From positions 32,001 to 96,000 of the IMG/VR virus record IMGVR_UViG_3300045976_000096: DNA of 64,000 bases, one strand, 5' to 3'. Positions 59,139-64,000 of the stretch are shown here, piece after piece. The notes under the pieces were generated by a model, which saw only the letters and a program-made list of their open reading frames with translations, was not told the DNA's origin and did not search any database. Numbering within the stretch: the stretch's first letter is position 1; every line of letters starts with the position of its first letter. The stretch is from a virus. The translations under genes were made by a program, and so were the position numbers.

Positions 59139-60767
59139 ATGAGCACAGACCTGCAGATCACCAAGCCCGGCGCCACCGGCGTCATCGACCCGAAGGACGA
59201 AAGCAACTTCGCCGTGCCGGTGATGACGGACGACCAGAAGCGCCTGCGCGCGCTGATCACCCGCCGCCATCCCGAGTATTCGGACAAGATGAAGCACTGG
59301 GAATTCCTGTGCGCCACCTACGAGGGTGGCCGCGACTGGTTCAAGGCTGGCAACATCTTCCGCTACATCAAGGAAGGCGACGGCGAGTATCGCGACCGCG
59401 TGGCGCGCTGCTACCGCTTCAACCACTCGCGCGAGGTGGTCGACCTGCTCAACAAGTACCTGTTCAAGCAGAACATCACCCGCAGCACCGACGCCCCGGA
59501 AAGCGTCAAAGCATTCTGGGACAAGTCCACCAAGAACGGGCTGGGGATTCGTGACTTCGTGCGCCAGGCGGGCAAGAAAGCGTCGGTATCGGGCCGGATC
59601 GGGGTCGTGATCGACAACAACGCGCAGGGTGACGTCGTCACCAAGGCGGACGAGAAGGAAGCTGGCGTGCGCACCTACGGCTACATCGTCAGTCCGACCC
59701 AACTGCTCGACTACGACTTCGACGAAGACGGCGACCTGAACTGGATTCTCATCCAGGAAGTCGCGCGCGACGCCGCCGATCCGTTCACCTCCAGTGGCGC
59801 GCAGGTCGAGCGCTACCGCCTGTGGGACAAGCAGACCTGGCGCCTGTTCGAGGAGCGCCAGATCGGCCGCAGCGGCAAGACTCGCGTGGTCGAGATCGCC
59901 AACGGCGAGCATGGCCTGGGCGAAGTCCCGGTGATCCTGCACGACCACATCATCAGCGACGAGGACTACGCGCCGCAGGCCCTGATCGACGACATCGCCT
60001 ACCTGGACCGCGCGGTCGCGAACTACCTGTCCAACCTGGACGCGATCATCCAGGACCAGACCTTCTCGCAGCTGGCCATGCCGGCGCAGAACGTGCTGCC
60101 GGGCGAGGACAACTACAACAAGCTCTTGGAAATGGGCACCAAGCGCATCTTCCTGTACGACGGCGAAGGCGGCGCGCAGCCGTTCTACCTGTCGCCGGAC
60201 CCGAAGCAGGCCCAGATGATCCTGGCGGTCATCAACAAGATCATCAACGAGATTTACCACACCGTCGGCCTGGCCGGCGAGCGCACCAAGCAGGACAACG
60301 CGCTCGGCATCGACAACAGCTCCGGTGTGGCCAAGGCGTATGACTTCGAGCGCGTCAACGCGCTGCTGCAAGCGAAAGCGGACAGCCTGGAAGTGCTCGA
60401 GAACCGGATCGTCCGGCTGGTCGCGCTGTGGAATGGCGAGGAGAACAAGGTCGACAAGCCCCTGGTTTCGTACCCGGACAACTTCGACACCCGCGGCCTC
60501 TACGACGAATTCGACATCGCGGCCCGCCTGATGCTGGTCGATGCGCCGAAGGAAGTGCGTCAGCACCAGATGGAAATGGTCATCGACAAGCTGTTCCCGC
60601 AGCTGGCCGAGGATCTGAAGACCAAGATGCTCGACGCGCTCAAGGACTGGCCGGTAGACCCGGTCGAGCAGGCCGCCGCGATGGCACAAGCCACCGCCCC
60701 TGACCAGGCCGCGCTCCAGAAGGGCGCGGCCAAGCAGACGGCCGGCGAAACACTGAGCAACAACTAA
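59139..60767 (+). CDS. portal protein
   Basis: Position after TerL; YEGG, LGEVPV, SSGVAKAYDF. Confidence 0.85.
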   Translation: MSTDLQITKPGATGVIDPKDESNFAVPVMTDDQKRLRALITRRHPEYSDKMKHWEFLCATYEGGRDWFKAGNIFRYIKEGDGEYRDRVARCYRFNHSREVVDLLNKYLFKQNITRSTDAPESVKAFWDKSTKNGLGIRDFVRQAGKKASVSGRIGVVIDNNAQGDVVTKADEKEAGVRTYGYIVSPTQLLDYDFDEDGDLNWILIQEVARDAADPFTSSGAQVERYRLWDKQTWRLFEERQIGRSGKTRVVEIANGEHGLGEVPVILHDHIISDEDYAPQALIDDIAYLDRAVANYLSNLDAIIQDQTFSQLAMPAQNVLPGEDNYNKLLEMGTKRIFLYDGEGGAQPFYLSPDPKQAQMILAVINKIINEIYHTVGLAGERTKQDNALGIDNSSGVAKAYDFERVNALLQAKADSLEVLENRIVRLVALWNGEENKVDKPLVSYPDNFDTRGLYDEFDIAARLMLVDAPKEVRQHQMEMVIDKLFPQLAEDLKTKMLDALKDWPVDPVEQAAAMAQATAPDQAALQKGAAKQTAGETLSNN

Positions 60768-60848
60768 CCCACCCGTGGCGCCCAGCGAACCGGCGCCACA
60801 CAACCACCACCCACTGATGGCCGAGAGATAGGCCCGAAAGGTAAAACG

Positions 60849-61730
60849 ATGCACCCGAAATACTGGAAATTCCCTGGCGCGGCATACCGTGACGCAGCAA
60901 CCGGCGACGAGGGCGGCAAGTCCGCGGGCGGCTCCGGCGGCAACGAGCCGAGCGACGCGGACAAGGCTGCGGCCGAAAAAGCTGCTGCCGAAAAGGCCGC
61001 CGCTGACGCCGCGGCGGCCGCCGGCAAGCCGACCGACGCGGAAGCCAAGCTGCTCAAGGAAGTCATGCAGAAGAAGGAAGCCCTGAAGGCGCTCGAAGCC
61101 GAGGCCGCAGCCGCCAAGGCGCGCCTGGCCGAATTCGACGGCGTCGACCCGGCCGAAATCAAGAAGCTGCTGGCCGAGCGCAAGAGCGCCGAGGAAGCGG
61201 CGCTGGCCGCCAAGGGCGACTTCGAGACGCTGAAGGCGCGTATGGCCGAGGAGCACACCAAGGTCACGTCCAGCCTGTCCGACCAGATCAAGGCGCTGCA
61301 GGAACAGCTGGCCGCCAAGGACCGCGTGGTCGACGAGCTGTCGATCGGCAACCAGTTCGGGCAGTCGCAGTACATCACCAAGGAGCTGACCCTGACCCCG
61401 GCCAAGGCGCGCGCCCTGTATGGCGCCCACTTCGACCTGGAAGACGGCAAGGTGGTCGGCTACGACAAGCCGCGCGGCGCCGCCGGCCGCGCGCCGCTGG
61501 TCGACCAGCGCGGCGACGCGCTGCCGTTCGAGCAGGCGATGGCGCGCATCATCGAAGCGGACCCGGACAAGGATTCGCTGCTGCGCTCGAAGGTCAAGCC
61601 CGGCGCCGGCAGCCAGTCGGCCACCAGCGCCAAGCCGGTCGACGCCAGTCGCTCGACCAACCTGGAACCGTCGGCCAAGATCGCGGCCGGCCTGGCCAGC
61701 CTGAATCTGCTGGGACAGGCGCCACTGTAA
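60849..61730 (+). CDS. capsid scaffolding protein
   Basis: Coiled coil between the portal and capsid genes. Confidence 0.75.
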   Translation: MHPKYWKFPGAAYRDAATGDEGGKSAGGSGGNEPSDADKAAAEKAAAEKAAADAAAAAGKPTDAEAKLLKEVMQKKEALKALEAEAAAAKARLAEFDGVDPAEIKKLLAERKSAEEAALAAKGDFETLKARMAEEHTKVTSSLSDQIKALQEQLAAKDRVVDELSIGNQFGQSQYITKELTLTPAKARALYGAHFDLEDGKVVGYDKPRGAAGRAPLVDQRGDALPFEQAMARIIEADPDKDSLLRSKVKPGAGSQSATSAKPVDASRSTNLEPSAKIAAGLASLNLLGQAPL

Positions 61731-61867
61731 GGCCGAGTCGTGAGTAAGTCACCGGTGACTTGACAATTTCCTCAAAATAGGATATTGTCTCGCCTCAACC
61801 GGTGACTAGAGCGACTTAGGCCCGAGTAACGAAACTCACTTTTTCTTTCTCTTTAAGGAATCGAAGA

Positions 61868-62800
61868 ATGCCTTTGCTGCGCACCGAAGCCGAGGGTTTG
61901 AGCAACAACCAGCTCATCTCCGGCGTCATCGACGAAATCATCGACCGCGATGATATGTTCGCCATCCTGCCTTTCGTTCGTACCGAAGGCAAGGCGTACA
62001 TGTACAACCGCGAAAAGACCAATGCCGGCGCCGACTGGCTCGACCCGAACGATCCGATCAATGAATCGGCATCGACCTTCCAGGAAGTCGTGGCGAAGCT
62101 GCGCATCCTGGCTGGCGACGTGGACATCGACAAGTTCCTGCAGGCGACCATGAGCGACACCAACAACCAGATGGCGACCCAGATCGCCAAAAAGGCCAAG
62201 GGTGTTGCGCGCGCGTTTCATATCGCGATGGCCACCGGCGATTCGACCGTGGACCCGAAGGTGTTCGACGGTCTGCCGAAACTGCTGGCTGACGCGCAAG
62301 CCTACTCGGCCACGGCCGGCGGCTCGCAGATCGTCTCGGCTGGCGCCAATGGCAATCCGCTGACGCTGACGATGCTGGACGAACTGTGCGACGCGGTGCC
62401 GAACGGCGCCGACGTCATCGTGATGCGTCGCGGCACGATCCGCGCCTTCCGCGCCCTGCTGCGCGCCACCTACGGCACCGACGCCGTGATGCAGCAGCTG
62501 GAGAACTTCGGTCGCCCGATGCTGACCCACAACGGCATCCCGGTCATCATGAACGAGTTCCTGGCCGGTAACGAGACCAAGGGTTCCAACAACAACACCT
62601 GCTCGGTCTACGCGCTGCGCCTGAACGAGACGGACGGTCTGCACGGCCTGTACGGCGGCGACAACGCCGGCATCGTGGTCGAGAACATCGGCACGGTGCA
62701 AAACAAGGACGCGACGCGCATCCGTCTGAAGTGGTACACCGGCATGGCCCTGAAGTCGACCCGCTCGATTGCCGGCCTGCAAGGCGTCACCAACATCTAA
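61868..62800 (+). CDS. major capsid protein (HK97 fold)
   Basis: LPF......Y.YNRE, GDVDIDKF, FDGL; terminator at about 62834-62859. Confidence 0.88.
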   Translation: MPLLRTEAEGLSNNQLISGVIDEIIDRDDMFAILPFVRTEGKAYMYNREKTNAGADWLDPNDPINESASTFQEVVAKLRILAGDVDIDKFLQATMSDTNNQMATQIAKKAKGVARAFHIAMATGDSTVDPKVFDGLPKLLADAQAYSATAGGSQIVSAGANGNPLTLTMLDELCDAVPNGADVIVMRRGTIRAFRALLRATYGTDAVMQQLENFGRPMLTHNGIPVIMNEFLAGNETKGSNNNTCSVYALRLNETDGLHGLYGGDNAGIVVENIGTVQNKDATRIRLKWYTGMALKSTRSIAGLQGVTNI

Positions 62801-62877
62801 TCGTTGCGACTCAGTCACGACTGATTTAGAATGAAAGGCGGGCTTCGGCCCGCCTTTTTCACATTCAAGGACCGAAC

Positions 62878-63330
62878 ATGAAAATCCGCCTGACCCAACC
62901 GGGTTATGAATCCTTCACCGGCCAGATGGGCACGGTGTTCTTCGAGAACGGCCTGTCGACGACCGATGTGCGCCCGAACGACGCCGTGCGCATGGCCGCC
63001 CAGTTCCTGTGCGAATGGGAGGACGGCAGTACCGCCAGCGTGGCCCAGTCGATCCTGGACCACTCGCATGCGACCGTCCACACGATCGGCGTGGCGCAGA
63101 ACGCCGACCAGGCCTTGTCCGCCGAAACCGCGTACGCGGCCCGGCTGGCCGGCGCCGAACTGCAGCCGGATGGCACGGAAGCTCCGGCGCACCGCTATAC
63201 CGAGGACGAGCTGGCCGCGGTGGCCGACAAGGATGGCATCAAAGGTCTGCGCGCCATCGCCGACCCGCTCGGCATCAAGGGCAACGCGATCGCCGAGCTG
63301 ATTCGCGCCATTCTGGCCAGGCAGGAGTAA
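62878..63330 (+). CDS. virion-associated protein with a C-terminal HeH-like motif
   Basis: DGIKGLRAIADPLGIKG...ELIRAIL. Confidence 0.6.
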   Translation: MKIRLTQPGYESFTGQMGTVFFENGLSTTDVRPNDAVRMAAQFLCEWEDGSTASVAQSILDHSHATVHTIGVAQNADQALSAETAYAARLAGAELQPDGTEAPAHRYTEDELAAVADKDGIKGLRAIADPLGIKGNAIAELIRAILARQE

Positions 63331-63333
63331 TCG

Positions 63334-64000
63334 ATGAACGTGTTCTCCGCCGGCACCGACGTGACGATGTATGTGCCGCTCCAGGACGCCAGCGGCAACC
63401 TGCTGAACGTCACGGCGGTTCAGTACCGCGTGGTCGATCAGAATGGCAGCGAACTGGTTGCCAGTACGGCGCTGGATGCCTTCGCGCCTGGCAGTGAGAC
63501 CGCCGACATCACCGTGCCGGCGGAGAGCAACGTTCTGGCGGCCGGCAGCGCGCGCGATCTGCGCGCCATCGAGCTGACCTGCGTCATCGACGACGTCAAC
63601 ACGATCGTCCTGCATGCGGCCTACGCCATCCAGGTGGCCGACGCGCTGGTGGTCGGCGTCAACTCGTTCGCCACCTTCGTTCAGGCCCACTTCGCGGCGC
63701 TGTCGATCCCCGCCCTGGACGCCTGGAAGGCCGCGTCCGAGCAGGAACAGACCGAGGCCCTGATCGAGGCCAGGTCGCACATCGTCCGGCTCAACTTCGC
63801 GCCGCTCAACAGCAACATCAACTGGGGCCAGGACAGCCTGAACTTCATCCCCGAGGGCGCGTACGACACCAACTACATCGGCAGCTCGGACATGTTCATG
63901 TTCAACGGCAGCCTGGAATTGCTGCGCCCGGACCAGTTCGCGAAACTGCCGTCGCGCTTCATCGAGGCGCTGATCAAGGCCCAGGTGGCCGAGGCCGATT
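63334..64000 (+). CDS. head-tail adaptor-like protein, 3'-truncated
   Basis: AGGAG RBS; NSF.T..A...W......AL.EA pattern; frame runs off the window end. Confidence 0.6.
   Translation, partial: MNVFSAGTDVTMYVPLQDASGNLLNVTAVQYRVVDQNGSELVASTALDAFAPGSETADITVPAESNVLAAGSARDLRAIELTCVIDDVNTIVLHAAYAIQVADALVVGVNSFATFVQAHFAALSIPALDAWKAASEQEQTEALIEARSHIVRLNFAPLNSNINWGQDSLNFIPEGAYDTNYIGSSDMFMFNGSLELLRPDQFAKLPSRFIEALIKAQVAEAD

Noticed and set aside
1-64000. tRNA/rRNA genes, integrase, transposase or host chromosomal flank
   Set aside because: None recognised by eye; a tRNAscan-SE run is needed to exclude tRNAs formally

Overview
GC-rich 64-kb segment of a large tailed phage or phage-plasmid. Gene content and order resemble SSU5/pHCM2-type elements. 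The host is probably Burkholderiales/Oxalobacteraceae; this is an inference from one host-like HTH protein. Layout: 1-19 kb holds recombination, replication and nucleotide-metabolism genes (gp32-like SSB, 5'-3' exonuclease, RecA/UvsX, Mre11/Rad50, RuvC-like resolvase, nrdAB, thyX, MazG-like, kinase). 19-49 kb is an accessory region of small ORFs, including an AAA+ ATPase, DEDDh exonuclease, two GIY-YIG homing endonucleases, HicA-like, HigA-N-like and a T7 gp0.7-like kinase. 49-57 kb holds an SF2 helicase, two ParB-like proteins, Acb2, an ABC ATPase, a third GIY-YIG endonuclease, thioredoxin, a GNAT and a wHTH gene followed by an origin/pac-like repeat region. 57-64 kb is the head module (TerS, TerL, portal, scaffold, major capsid, adaptor). 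The most unusual signals are: (1) a 'KCCD code': a ~2.2-kb island (44097-46328) almost free of [GT]CC[AGT] on both strands, bounded by a 15-bp tandem array, helically phased CCWWGG palindromes and a TCC-dense tract, with the same motif forming a fixed-spacing promoter class; (2) about 16 small proteins sharing a C-terminal aromatic tag (DxP[QK]...W or G[SAT][WF]-COOH); (3) two perfect chromosomal-type parS sites; (4) a window-wide AGTCA-N4-TGACT operator; (5) duplication scars at homing-endonuclease insertions. All motif counts were made by eye and no database searches were run.
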